64,000 nucleotides of DNA from Candidatus Oxydemutatoraceae bacterium (GCA_965220085.1 CBDCOZ010000003.1:1344001-1408000), one strand, 5' to 3'. Counted from the first letter of the stretch, positions 39,601-40,674 are shown. Numbers and translations are program-made. The notes: generated by a model from the sequence alone, not told the origin.

Positions 39601-40405
39601 TCTTGGCGCCTCCTCCGTCCGACGATCCGTTCAGGAAGCCGACCAGACTGCCGACCCGGGAATGACCGTTTGCTGTTACCGTCGAATAGACGTCCTCTAT
39701 CTTGCTGTTGAAGGTCTGGCCAATCAGGCCGCCGGCGGCCGTGTTTCCAAAACCGTTCGCGGTCACCGACCCGGTCACGCCGACGCCGGTAATATAGCCT
39801 CCGCCGTAGAACCCGAATAAGCCCAAGTTATCGCGGTCGCGATTAATATGCAGGTTGCTGACCGTATGGCCGTTGCCGGCGAAATGACCGCGATAGGACG
39901 CGCCTTGTTCGCCGATTGGTTCCCAGCCTTCGCCGCTCGTCCATTCCGCATTGACCACGCCGCTCCTGTAACTGCCGGGGTCGTTGAAGTCCAGATCGCG
40001 CATCAACTCGTAGCCCACGCATTGCCCCGAAACGTCGCCGACGCTGGCGACGCATGATGATAGATTGGGATGACATTGACTCCCAACCTGAAGGACAATG
40101 GCGGGATCCGAATTTGACCGGGGGAAGGCAACATCGTGGCCCGTATCAGAAGGGCCATGACCGTTGGCATCCAAATCCCACCGCAATGCGTTCAGTTGCT
40201 CCAACCACCAGATTTCGACCAAGCAGTCGTTATCGGTATCAAAGACATCCTGTGTCTGCGGCGGGGCGGTTTGCGCCGACACGATGCCCGACAGCGCGAG
40301 CGAGAACACGCAACAGAAAAGCAACGATCCGAAGTGGACCGATAACGGTTTCGCTTTGTTTGTAAACTCCGACAAGTTTTGACCTCGTGTTTGCGATTGT
40401 TTCAT
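695..40405 (-). CDS. Giant (13,236 aa) secreted repetitive surface protein/adhesin: 27 x [Ca-binding loops + GLUG-type beta-helix + Fn3-like domain], 2 cadherin-like domains, C-terminal FLEGPLR motif
   Basis: Uninterrupted 39.7-kb ORF. Hydrophobic N-terminal signal (LLFCCVFSLALSGIVSA|QT). I counted 27 copies of W[QE][ED]FG.Q.R. GGLVG/GGLIG GLUG-like repeats, Fn3-like W.aP...Y..YR...Y.Y.V segments, and cadherin-like LFAI...SGEITL...DYE at about 760-1420. Confidence 0.92.
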   Translation of the reverse strand: MKQSQTRGQNLSEFTNKAKPLSVHFGSLLFCCVFSLALSGIVSAQTAPPQTQDVFDTDNDCLVEIWWLEQLNALRWDLDANGHGPSDTGHDVAFPRSNSDPAIVLQVGSQCHPNLSSCVASVGDVSGQCVGYELMRDLDFNDPGSYRSGVVNAEWTSGEGWEPIGEQGASYRGHFAGNGHTVSNLHINRDRDNLGLFGFYGGGYITGVGVTGSVTANGFGNTAAGGLIGQTFNSKIEDVYSTVTANGHSRVGSLVGFLNGSSDGGGAKIIRSYATGAVGGSHEVGGLIGAVANTANTAAEHVYATGFVTASRIASDGSAAGGLIGSMGQARLKYAYAAALIDSAATAAGGLGGHLDNSAYAATAAYWDRMVSGKTNAIGLVSGATVGGITARTTGELRAPTGYDGIYADWDDGDTTDHWDFGAISQYPVLKIDFDNDPNSAASWQEFGYQLRDGPRNVTVNSNGSARTLNWSAPDLSAWTNPPTVGYKVYRDTTELSGAIAETTDANGVTTCSYVDSDGGDIYRLTVIVNGGEALHSVVAVAADYDADDNGLIEIEYLEQLNAIRWDLDGDGEPALANASEYADAFPDASAGMGCPAGGCAGYELTRDLDFNDAASYAGGDPFAQPWTDNPADSDVEEGWLPLGDPGVRDGDDSNAYTATFDGNGRVIYNLYIDRARRYQGLFGIVVGGAIRNIGVTGAIDGGTGNDSIGNDIGGLVGRHVNSTLENSWSAVSAAGRAHVGSLVGIASNDSKIRRSYATGNVYANSQAGGALGRDNHHQTRGTVEHVYATGYIDTTRGGSRYRGGGLIGNLGNVTVRYGYATGLINPSATDSGGFGGRVETSPMATAAYWDTQTSGKSAGIGSGTLSSVTGHTTSALQTPTGYDGIYASWDAGGDDHWDFGTSEQYPALKVDFDGNGEATWQEFGYQLRQGPPAFAIGGTSDRSLSWDAPDVSAWDPPPELRYAVYRDGLALAGAAELSLRAHVDASAVAGTTYAYQVAAIVNGGEASRSHSPTAEATETDYDDDDDGLIDIRTLDQLNAMRYDLNGDGAVAAADQSAYESGFFNPAPHMGCLNNACVGYELRQDLDFKDAADYRSGAVNAEWTSGEGWSPIGDGAAPFATTFDGKGKKISNLHINRAADNNDGQGLFGVVGSAGIITNLAVVSGSVSGGDDNDRIGGIAGELNGATIENSFSGATVSGGEMVGSLVGFNNAGTIRRSYANGAATGVAQVGGLIGAAADNADSAAEHVYATGFVSASRASGDGGVAGGLIGFMGQAQLRYAYVTGLIAKAATNSGGVGGDRADSAVEHTYWDTVTSGKSEAVGVGSSVNIGGQTTAALQTQTQYLGIYAAWGMPGSANNDHWDFGAASQYPALKVDFNGNGNVSWQEFGYQLRDDIELTESAGILSWTAPDTSHWDNPPQLRYRVWLNDEAAPAASALSATTHDTAASSTGGDNEYRVAAFVASGGGEAARSNAVMITRVDYDSDDDGLIDIRNLEQLAAIGIDLNGNGDPNDAGIDFPARAADYETAFPVRASDMGCPNRACRGYELSKDLDFDAAADYADTANQAAWTDGMWDPLGNANYPYRATFHGNGRAIANLRIAREGLRGHGDMGLFGTVFDATIANVGVTGSVRVILADNVAASKGGAVGALAGVVDAATLENSYAATDVHGGAAVGGLVGKVSDGRVVAGYATAAVRADDRVAGGLIGLFENNDATLEHAYASGRVTAPTRAGGLIGEMRGGVTIAYAYAAGRVTANVAQYVNSGGLAGYNSRTDTNPVIAAAYWDRQTTARNNAANAGDAPTQHLRGHTAAELQAPIGYKGLYADWDAADADGNATDYWDFGSAQQYPALKVDFNGDNIATWQEFGYQLRNYPAPVAVVAGVGASRALSWGAPDVSHWSPPPVVTYNVYRRAATATRVVAEDLSATTYTDHTAVAGSARNYLVAVLLDGGEAYRSAVVSGIDYDTDDDGLIEIRNLEQLAATRADQNYDGIIDAGLLDIYEAARLLHLAAYPAAGAGCPRGCRGYELMRDLDFDDDASYRDPAANKATWTSGKGWRQLLVEEDNEDLLFHGNGRTVRNLYSAGADASGLFGGLDGDATLTNIGVTGAVAKSGRIIGGLASVLEENSRIENSYAAVAVEGADAVGGLIGQIRNTDGTIQEAVIRRSYATGAVDISDNQSGGGGLIGSISGAAAVIEHVYASGPVSGPNAASLIANINDYQDYGVSIAYGYATGASDHGAIVHNSEGDIVLSALYWDTDTTGIVADDGRAGAAGLPAAELQAPTDYAGIYSTWDAADAAGNATDNWDFGSASQYPALKVDFDGDNIATWQEFGYQLRDYPRAVSVAGGLGPSRALHWGAPDVSHWSSPPPVVTYTVYRHTTSNLVIARDLSATTYADTTATTGTEYTYRVAVLLDGGEAYRSSAASGAVDYDSDDDGLIDINWLEQLNAIRWDLDGSGAADAPAGAAAYAAAFPAATAGMGCPSACAGYELMRDLDFDDRGSYADGTDDAKWSRVTDAATKGWARIGANTTNAFAATFDGNGHTIANLYIDRTDSGPSLFGYVSGGAIRNVGITGAVAGSSSSGQVAGLATHLANAGLVENAWSSVAASAPQNAASLIGQIGDGTVRASYATGTVRGNQLLGGLVGFTDDLGSNVTIEHVYATGFVDPTAGGDARRGGGLVGSFHTVGALRYAYSTALVNRNATEIGGVIGENRAANPFAAVYWDSHTSQLAKGVGHAVSGSSAVIVGKSTAELQTPTGYDGIYADWDANDAAGAPTDYWDFGSNRQYPALKVDFNNDGVVSWQEFGYQLREGPRDVAVVSDTDGITLSWKPPVTSHWDNPPTLTYNLYRGTTVSAIDDAQGLTASSYTDTDANLYRSYGYRIAAAVAGGEVTRAYPFSGAADYDLDDDGLIEISNLEQLSMLRFDPDGDGRPDSANAGEDYDFYFASPWLGCPNQTCIGYELTRDLDFNDNDSYYHHDSVRLDGTLTNKALFTADTGWISIGGGAEAPYAAVFDGNGYVIRNLYTGIALARPQGLFGATDGATIRAVGVTGRIGTVQSAASTPGGLIGAMNGGVVSDAWSAAHIRSFRDAGGLIGKAMGAATIRRSYATGAVYADEFGGGLIGAIDSDAAVRVEHSYATGFVDFMTTLESFPVNIGGLIGAASGARLAYGYSTTMLSPASARKHLLAGVIGAVGDRVTATALLWDTETSTVRRGVRAGSSAGAAGHATAELQAPTGYGGIYADWNEGGTSDYWDFGDADQYPALQTDFNGDGIASWQEFGWQLRESLNLTISGSGASRMLVWTAPDLSHWPPAARPSVTYDIRRDGAQIAANRTKTDYIDNAVVANRTYAYQVHAVVEGGYPISEVAASLTDYDTDNDGLIDIATLEQLHAIRYDLNGDGIAEASTPSYMAAFPGAAVAAHPMGCAVACKGYELMRDLDFADDADYADIANKAAWTSGEGWQPIGGGDASYSGEFNGNGRVIANLRINRGASHQGLFGRLRVTDNDRSLYRLGISGAITVAASTAQAVGGLVGEVSNGGFISEAWSAVSIGGAAANVGALAGEAAAGSAAFYRSYATGNVGGREAVGGLVGKLGLVVTFLDSVYATGYVSASQRWAGGLVGSDAADDGSEYGYSVARIDPAAPLSGGYAGRYANALGRTAFYWDTGASGRDNAAGAGTASGVAGKTTAELQAPTGYGGIYADWDDNDTSDDWDFGDASQYPALKADFDGDSIATWQEFGYQLREGPRDLTVSGRGGARELRWNAPVTSHWDDPPPLAYDIYRWLETDATPEDISDGSCVSMLCGDNEVLQGSACVACASTQTAIGGVCAPAPHSCPPGQAAIEGTTTCVNAADLEFRDWCESHNGDIILSNGRCRSAAATCGIYGNHGHIPSGVHSGKSVCSNNGATACAAGEAYSVALRLCAAPCPNGAQDSEGNCKPVCPDLREAVVARGVTATTYRDSGASADAIYEYRVAAVVYGGEASRSVVRSGMEDYDADDDGLIDIATLEQLNAMRWDLDGDGAPANASSPSYAQAFPAAVSGMGCPAGCVGYELTRDLDFDDAQSYVTGAVNDLWTGGVGWTPIGGADAPYAAIFDGNGRVIKNLWINNLSAAAGNEYQALFYQTQGATIRNIGITGSVTGALTVAGLIGALTDSMLENSWSAVVTRSVTGGGSLVGRFSQAQIRASYASGSVVGSRLAGGLAGSGDFSSGDSTLRHVYASGRVDGSRGDAKRYAASLIGGAATDSGSDTGKLTLRYAYGRGEVVPIRDAAGLIARLPVARALAALYWDRETTGRENGAATAPAPAIIGLPTAALQAPDGYAGIYADWDEGGASDYWDFGTAAQYPALKVDFDGDPDTDPSWQEFGYQLRAAPADVTVAGAGNERTLSWGAPDVSHWSPPPPVAYDVYRITERPTGTQVSLLAEDYTATSYTDNTAAADSGYVYEVAVRIDSGEAHRSAAQSGNDYDSDDDGLIEIATLQQLHAVRWDFNGEGAPLARDAAQYAAAFPAAAPGMGCPYAQCRGYELTRDLDFDDDADYADASSKTTWTTGAGWPAPGDLRTTFEGNGHVIKNLYINNPAADAANADQALFGGLDPGAIVRNLGVTGSIAATGRSGGIATQMGGEDAVIENSWAAVSLRAGIAVGGLVGDIDSGGRIRASYASGSVFANSRAGGLVGQIDIKDGDGVLERVYATGRVDATGVAGALGDAGMFAGSLVGFARLPAGVTTTEHFATLRYAYGLGEVVIGVADSGGVIGPITAAHVALADVYWDTETTGRNKGIGGDETTAGASGLTSAALQAPTGYAGIYADWNHGGDYWDFGTANQYPALKVDFNGIGGATWQEFGYQLRVPPADVAIVAGAGNDHTLSWGAPDVSHWSPQPPVTYDIYRMASTGAEISLLAEGLTTTSYTDVLPSTVAAAAYIYHVSVRVDSGEVYRDVVVSGTDYDTDDDGLIEITTLEQLNAIRYDPYGIGAVDSNLGGEEPSYITAYAAAFPAATSGMGCPADGCRGYELMNDLDFTAAASYASGSVNTQWTSAVGADGWLPIGGTLPDNDGFRAVFDGNGHTIKNLILIVSSPLEIGLFGAVTGAAAAISNLGITGDAESLANVTGGVAGEVADGATARNLWSAVTADSDSISGSLIGRVTNASLATSYATGNALGTATTDSRVGGLLGMIRGGATVQHVYASGYLEEAGDAGGLIGQVGHQDYGERNTLRYGYATALVAIAPGGLGTLGGVVGKQRPDSDYTALYWDVAVSNQTAGAAAGIAGQTAAELQAPTGYSGIYADWNEGGASDYWDFGSASQYPALKTNFDNKGSATWQEFGYQLREAPTVSVSDSGSSKVLSWTVPVTSHWPDDPPTITYNVYRATAAAASDVTLLAEGLTATTYTDSAPSNGINVYRVAAVIYGGEVTRGAAIAYPTTDYDSDDDGLIEIANLEQLNAMRWDLDANGEPASNDAAAYAAAFPNAASGMGCGGGGCDGYELSNDLNFDDPADYAAGRVDPAWIEGEGWTPIDPSGVYAGDLDGNGRAIRNLYINRPNSDRQGLFAEINGEQLEIKNIGITGAVRGSNGVGLLAAFVSKATLDNVYVAGSVRGGDTIGGAVGNADDVTWRAAYAVAAVVGADAVGGLIGASAAASDVIEHSYAAGYVSAAAAGGGLIGALGAAATVRYGYVAAPLAAASAGGLIGDVASGGNLTALYWDTQATGAASGFGDAGSATLRSVAGKTTAELQTPTAYGGIYADWDANDAAGNATDYWDFGTAEQYPALQVDFNGDSTVSWEEFGYQLRDPLAPTLANGNLLTWNAPVTTHWTPAPELRYAVYRDGTQIATGLETPAYIDTAANLNASRSYRVAVLIDGHEYGSGVAAVTLTAGDYDSDDDGLIEISNLEQLAAVRYDINGDGDVSNVSAERQAEYAAAFPSAATGMGCPSTGCSGYELMRDLDFDDASSYADGVDDEDWGRNSDPNTIGWATIGSASNRFATTFDGNGHTVANLYIRDTVADRGLFGYVTGTVKNLGVTGSVEVVDENQAAGVVTRLAGGRVENSWSSVAATAAASAGSLVADMGGGGIYTSYATGRARAGQYAGGLIGAMNNIASLPAVEHVYATGQVDGTHGGDMRRAGGLLGYFGEGTLKYAYSTAFLEPATTERGGVIGSNSVNDTFTAVYWDTDASGTTAAVGHADTNSAATNISGHTTAELQGPQGYVGIYADWDADDANGNPTDYWDFGTAQQYPALKVDFNNDGIASWQEFGYQLREPPQNLTASGTGPSRTLRWDAPDTSHWDNPPTVTYNIYRHPHTRLPDAPDTVLLRSGLTDTTYADNGAIPTITHRYHVAAVVEGGEAARAPAVTSGLRDFDLDDDGLIEVSNLDQLRAIDFDLDGDGIPETSAATYVFMFPAIDGMGCPDSGCAGYELTRDLDFNAADSYYIGSTATEMWVPTAQSGATPWFNNAGLGEGWPAIGRDTGDGFTAIFDGNGHTLRNYYNARSGHSAFGLFGKVGDGGIVRNVGITGELIDKQWGSGLVAELNAGGTVEGSWSSVSAAVGQVSGSLIGACSSAGGALRASYATGRLRDHPDDTISIVRDGALAGAACAPTEHVYATGYNNINDSGGGLIGIYFDDAATLRYAYTTARINDDSGGAVIGSAFDTLAATAVYWNTETAGIAAAFGDDTTHAVTGIAGATTLALAVPTGYSGIYASWDDDGSDYWDFGNASQYPALKVDTNNDGTATWQEFGWQLREGPRDLRVSGDLAARELRWDAPDTSHWDDPPALTYNVYRSSIETVIDTNTQEEVVDRVETLLAESLSAARYTDTGVADDKRHTYTVAAVIEGGEPSRSVAVWRVSDRFDYDSDDNGLIEIATVEQLDAIRWDVDGDGEPEADNADDYRAAFPFPADDMCPAGGCAGYELTRDLDFTDAASYGSGVVNPVWAAAWPGINGYLTATFDGNGHTVFMRSVASLIFGASDASVTNVGVLGSVRYSASVVTDVVRSTLMNTYSAATILADDDDFAVGGLVHLMNVDSVVRTSYASGNVSASIGHVGGIAGNAGGTASIPETDATIEHVYATGAMLSGVPATDLPAAAGGVIGDVGRGARTIRLRYGYVSTLAQSPVGRVGSLAGQVRVTPDFDINAVYADSERVLPDVPLIGDGSADEVVSSGEQASDILRAPTTYESIYADWNEEGASDDWDFGTIAQYPALKIDFNNDGIVSWQEFGYQLRDAPANVTVAGDIDAREITWSAPDVSHWDGEPARALSASDLRYNVYRDGFLLAEDLAELRYRDDERLKTDAGAEYRYHIGAVIARHGGGRISAGAVWTQPEIDYDTDDDGLIEIAYLEQLGAVTGDLDGNGMPTNANSPTYDAAFPARAADMGCPAGCVGYELTRDLDFEDLTSYLFADTTAITVWTLDPDDGDDEEGWLPIGDPAVRDGQNREGEGDNGYTATFDGNGHTIHNLYIDRERIAQGLFGTVSGASIRNIGVTGAIDGGDRNNIAGLIGQHLESTLENSWSAVSAEGRAHIGSLVGYASSASTVSRSYATGNVYANSQGGGVLGRDIHFLEGGTVEHVYATGYINTTRDGSEYRGGGLIGNLGNVTVRYGYATGLINPSATESGGFGGHVEASAAATAAYWDTQTSAKSDAIGSGTLSGVTGRTSAELQTPTAYRGIYADWDVSAASWDFGGPNEYPALRTDFNGDGEATWQEFGYQLRQGPPAFAIAGETNRRLTWDAPDVSAWNPPPPLRYTVYRRGALLADAAELSQRSYVDADLSDGETSAYHVAAVVYGGEASRSHSPTAAATIDYDTDDDGLIEIAWLEQLDAIRRDLDGDGMMAGAPDYEAAFPARAADMGCPAGCVGYELTRDLDFDEDASYAGGDAGVHGWSRAEEGEGWPPLGAPATRFSGIFNGRGHTIYNLHIERNGNIQGLFGETGNATISNLGVTGSVTAGHDTGGLVGKTLGTTIKDVYSAVSADGGTIRAAPLAGWLTGGGAVRRVYTTGAASADKELGGITGALQDGIVVEHAYATGYMGADGNERAGGLIGWVGTSTLRYAYATAQIAPGAAERGGIAGYNSNQTTVFDAVYWDTDTSAVATAAYGDIQTVAETVGPTSATSAGLQAPTGYAGIYADWNEGGDYWDFGGAGQYPALKTDFNDNGSASWEEFGYQLREGPRDLTVANEEGERTLTWRAPSMPPAWSNPPPVTYRIYRDGLLLADLSESDSAGLRYVDAETDAQATHVYHVAAVIVGGEASRSVCESAPAVDYDMDDDGLIDIANLRQLDAVRHDLNGDGKATAAAHALAYPHAATGMGCPNAVCAGYELTRDLDFDDADSYAGAADEGWSEGEDGAGWPPIGSAGDPYAATFDGNGHRIANLYIKRTDDGNDNQGLFAAIGSGASVSRLSVSGTITAGADNDRIGGIAGSLNGGVIERSYSTVSASGGAHVGALAGYVAAGAVRASYATGAVSAASGGGGLVGGADAATLEHVYATGAVADGGGLFGGGDANLRYAYATGLVTGGGGLFGAGGGGSFEAAVWDTETTNRASAGSAGVVVAGVSARTTSELQAPGGYVGIYAAWNANDAAGAATDYWDFGVANQYPALQVDFDGDGEVSWEEFGWQLRTAPTGFALAGDFSARKLRWVAPLTVAWSDTPPITYAVYRDGEILSEGMTVVEYDDRGVASGSRYAYGVAAVINGGEAVRTPTLTLAGLVDYDSDDDGLIDIANLEQLAAVRYDPNGDGIVTGDDFARYNEAFPNATGCGNCIGYELMRDLDFNDPNDYAGGDTATHAWVINPADGDEEEGWTPIGDSESAFAATFNGNGNAVYNLYVNRGDSANQGLFGRVAAGALIMNVGVTGAVAARSAGGGLAGSLQGGLVDQVWSAAMVSGEQAMGPLVGRQTGGSIRRAYASGATDATRGGGLVGSLSGSGSAIEHVYATGFVKRRPAASPSENVGGLIGEADASARLRYAYSTAQLGYSAAQAAGVAGGALGEANGDLAFGAVVWDTQTSGLSEAVGEANDNAVGGISGFATAALQAPTGYGGIYATWNADDVAGNPTDYWDFGDSDEYPALKADFDGNGMVSWQEFGWQLRQGPQNLRVAPTVSERTLTWDAPDVSHWTTNPPDIAYAIYRSTTSIGATLLQTGVVDTSYADADPGESDNTYHVAAVINGGEASRSAAHSTAPRDYDLDDDGLIDVSALEQLDAVRYDLNGDGAVAAEDREAYAAAFPDPAVTMGCPAGCVGYELITDLDFDDPARYMAATDSGAWTRGAGWPPIGDDGDAFDATFDGKGFAIANLHINRPASSAQGLFGVAGSEAVIRRVRVSGAVTGDDRIGGIVGELRGGTLEQSYSTAAASGDEHIGSLLGYIDGGAVRASYATGSVDAETSGGGLVGGAAAANTATTVEHVYASGRVTSAAGGGLIGGGGVATVRYAYARTLSIGGGAVSGDGMGSFQGVWWDAHVTAAETASPGGDVSGISERASTALWNDDGSDYWDFGIGGDYPALQVDFNDDNEVSWQEFGYQLRRRLSLTAADNLINGRALEWNSPNLEHWDPPPTLTYRIYRLRGDVLTELAADRDDKTALTPHTDNDVLPGGAAQHDYAVAAVIDGGEALRTTLGPALLDYDVDDDNLIEVSTLEQLDAVRYHPRVDVVLSAEDREAYAAAFPRPPFRMGCPSVCTGYELARDLDFEDANDYADSANQAAWTSGEGWTPIGDSNTRQTRFIAKFDGKGRTIYNLHINRPETNAQGLFGFVSGTISRVGVSGSVTGNGSIGGLVGHLTGGSAAVERSYSMAAVSGANNIGSLVGYIDRATVRTSYASGYVTVTASSGGGLAGFMIAESGHSRTPVEHVYATGFVKSGQSGSAGGILGAIRGSTLRYGYVTALIDAPTRGGLVGGATSDPIVRGGTYWDSDTSGLTSSNRRFGSGSTRFFTFDATAQSTAALQAPSDYEGIYRLWNEDGTDYWDFTPGSYPALKVVFDEEDEEASWQEFGYQLRVRLTLRAFETTDDMGAAQLSWDAPDISHWDSDPDRALSASDLRYRVYRDNVALADAMSLTATEHTDSDADLGAAPRYQVAVLISGGEAARSARITVQGVTDYDADDDGLIDIATLEQLNAVRYDLDGNGVVAAGDQDAYEAGFLNPQPNMGCPAPAQPGGAHCIGYELSNDLDFDDPASYGSGTVNLAWTSDEEEGWTPIGDNTNRFVGTFNGKGHTIANLRIERAADGNDRQGLFGVIGAGGAVSNVGVTGSVSGGADNDRIGGIAGELAGGAIERSYSAVSAAGGTWVGSLAGLNNGGTVRASYATGSASGAAESGGLLGAAAAADSTVEHVYATGFVDASRTAGDGGNAGGLIGHMGRAQLKYAYSTALLSAAATASGGFGGRLDNSNYSATAAYWDRGVTSQDNSVGLVSGGATVSGIQGLTSAELQAPTGYAGGIYATWDDDGTDYWDFGAATQYPALKIDFDDNGEAATWQEFGYQLRDAPVLTVESDDRMLRNDGTPSRKLRWSAPDTSHWSEEVPVTYNLYVYESTATTAWLLLARGLTKTEREPINPSAAGGEYSYHIAAAVNGGEATRSAAAERAFAGYDSDKDGLIEITTLEQLAAIDMPSSAAFREAFPNTVPGLGCPPVAGMPPTEDEPALNCLGFELMNDLDFADAASYASGSINPGWQNTGAVGGWDALWSDGSFEKVFDGNGYAISNLYINRDASQTAQGLFSRIGASGVARNLGVAGSVAVAGTATAIGGLVGELAGAAEDSWSSVSVTGYERVGSLAGYVNGGAVRRSYASGGTVAAAEAGGGRQMGGLVGRLDNGALIDRSWSSAAVSGDMYLGGLAGYADAATVRRSYASGSAVAGAAEADSGQQAGGLVGRADNGALIDRSWSSAAVSGSMHLGGLVGYLDGGMATRSYASGRVVDTRAGDLTSESAGGLIGFMNAASSASHVYATAYVAADGYAGGLIGSGEGGWRLQYGYATALVAPTTATAAAVIGRASGSPTLAAAYWDAALAGRAAAVGNGAVSGAMAQTSGALQTPTGYGGIYADWDDGGATDYWDFGGADDYPALKADFDGDNAATWQEFGCQLRSGVSDLTVSGASERRAVSWSAAETAGIAGCASADVRYTVYRITTGTGANQATEYAEVSEIASVIGGTSHDDTAPEVRSYLYQVATVIDGGEAARAAATSSVLDYDADDDGLIEISALEQLAAMAYDADGDGVVAAGDEAAYAAAFVGAPPGRGCPAVGGCVGYELTQGLDFDNAAHYMTSTDNGAWTRGAGWTPIGNATAAFAATFDGNGFEIANLRIDRSSDADQGLFGVVGDDGAIRRVSVSGSVSGGDNVGGIVGRAESGAAVTRVRMVGSVAGDDNVGGIVGRAVSASLRESYSRASVSGADYVGGLAGLADGATVRASYASGAVSATAAGGGLLGGSASSTATAEYVYATGHVSAASAGGLIGAGGNATARYAYATALPAGAVVGGLIGSGGGAFMAAYWDSAAAATTATAGSATGASARVRAMLQSPTGYAGIYADWNANDASGNATDYWDFGTSEQYPALQVDFDNDGTPTWQEFGYQLREGPALSPVTGADSGARELSWTAVTTSHWSPEPVVTYTVYRNRAAIATGLSETTYADAAARLGDDFAYAVAAAVGGGEASRSGSRASGALNDYDADDDGLIEIESPEQLYAIRFDLDGDGEPAPASSQTYRAAFPASVRGMGCKDQTCVGYELMNDLDFKGTTGTAWAGAAGWPPLGDATTEFATTFDGNGLEIANLRIDRGGADDQGLFGVVGGDGKVSNLAVRGAVAGGDNVGLVVGRLSGGALSRLAAAGAASGGDNVGGLLGRLNGGALSASYATAAAAGDTAVGGLVGLAGDGVVRASYAAGSVTATTGSGGGLIGDSTSVMATAEHAYATGRVSAPVAGGLIGLAGGATARYAYSTALPIGAMRGGVTGDGNGVFAATYWDSDASAQATDLAAGVGAHTSIALQFPTDYSGIYADWDAADAAGNATDYWDFGDAEQYPALRVDFDGDPATPPNWQDFGCQARAAPALTVSGLASARTLTWSAPEVSHCDPPPALAYNVYRDGALPALASTSALTHVDNTAVAGVSYFYYVAAVIDGGEASRGAAESGLIDYDADDDGLIEVATAAQFDAIRFDLNGDGSPTASAPTYRAAFPEAVPGMGCPSECVGYELANSLALDGEWTPIGTAKAPFATTLDGNGETVSDLNVVGAGDDRGLFGVVGAAGTVRNVGVIGDIDASGANVGGIAGSLAGGTLEQIWSSVNVTGAQAAGSLLGYHGGGTVRAAYATGVVRADGQAGGLIGAAHDISTTTAITTAAEHAYATGFVGATTATGGLLGAVGRAQLKYGYSTAYIDADAANGGGIGGAAPGSAATFAPSYWDTVTSGLNNALAGGTGGTSDLGGRLTSVLQAPTGYSGIYGVWDDDGSDYWDFGSAAQYPALQANVNGDNEVTWQEFGNQLRAAPILEPLQTTGNVVILEWSAPDADPAAGVRYRVYRGSVARGVTAERRYVDSDASGLLSYRVAVLIDGGEAGRSAVRAGRDYDVDDDGLIEITRLEQLGAVAFDLDGDGSAAADDAAAYAATHAFASALDGMGCPAVGGCTGYELTRDLDFEDPNDYGILNAGLNGWTRDEGGAGWSPLGNSATRFTGVFNGKGHAIYNLFIERDANRQGLFGATGETTISNLGVTGSVTAGANSSDTGGVVGLAAGTTIEEVYSAVSVSGGRLRAAPLAGQIAGGGALRRSYTSGAASAAQEVAGIAGSLGDGAVAEHVYATGYIGATDDARAGGLVGRIGASTLTYAYAVAPIAADAAERGGIAGFNSNQTTVFDAVYWAADISVPAVDDAYAIIEGNAETNGPLAQTSAELRAPTGYGGIYANWNAGNADYWDFGSAEQYPALKTDFDDNPATSPSWEEFGCQLRQGPQGVSATVTDADDESVHGLNWRAPDTSPWDAGSPCRSVAYAIYRNGGALPGASGLEETKHDVTGAADGDIYHIAAVVNGGEAIRAAYAYAVQANTTLAITDINPTANTVAETATAGMAISGVTLQARDEAASAAIVSGVTWSLSDDAEGLFAINSTSGEITLAKAAPDYESEDRVYSVTVTAVVDRYQPATLVLTINLTNVLETLMVTDSDGAGSIIAEGARAGAPVPGIRLMVTDEAGTEVTEGLTWNLVTNPGGLFAIDPASGAITLANDAPDLETEQTRTIIVRASFREPNREMVVSAPFMLTITIMATERPDVDVGIRIRLRVFLEGPLR

Positions 40406-40423
40406 GCAAATTCGGATTGTCAG

Positions 40424-40432
40424 AGTATAACA
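40424..40432 (-). promoter_or_regulatory. Putative extended -10 promoter (TGtTATACT) of the giant gene
   Basis: The minus strand reads TGTTATACT ending 18 nt upstream of ATG 40405. No clear -35 or Shine-Dalgarno sequence. Confidence 0.5.
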
Positions 40433-40462
40433 CGCTCTGCGGCGGGCGGCGGAAAATGGGGA

Positions 40463-40642
40463 TTATATGCTTAAAAACATAAGACTCATTATCGCCGTTT
40501 GAGAATAGCGAGTTTCTAACTCTTTCCTTGTCGGCTTTTTATTCTCATACATTGGCTTTTCGGGCGCCTTGGCTAATAGCGCATCCTTAACCGCATCTGC
40601 AAATGCTTTAAGCGTTGTTTTCTTATGGTTTTTCTGTTTCAT
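40463..40642 (-). CDS. Small basic 59-aa ORF inside an IS1595-type right end (probable passenger gene)
   Basis: MKQKNHKKTTLKAFADAVKDALLAKAPEKPMYENKKPTRKELETRYSQTAIMSLMFLSI*. GAAGGA precedes the ATG, and the stop lies within the terminal repeat. Confidence 0.4.
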   Translation of the reverse strand: MKQKNHKKTTLKAFADAVKDALLAKAPEKPMYENKKPTRKELETRYSQTAIMSLMFLSI

Positions 40643-40674
40643 TGTAATCCTTCTAAAAAGTTATCCATTTTTTC

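Noticed and set aside
482-39820. Many long plus-strand ORFs (for example 11543-15169, 1208 aa; 34235-37189, 984 aa)
   Set aside because: Antisense shadows of the GC-rich repetitive giant ORF. They are Arg/Ala-rich, repeat with the module period and show no domain motifs.
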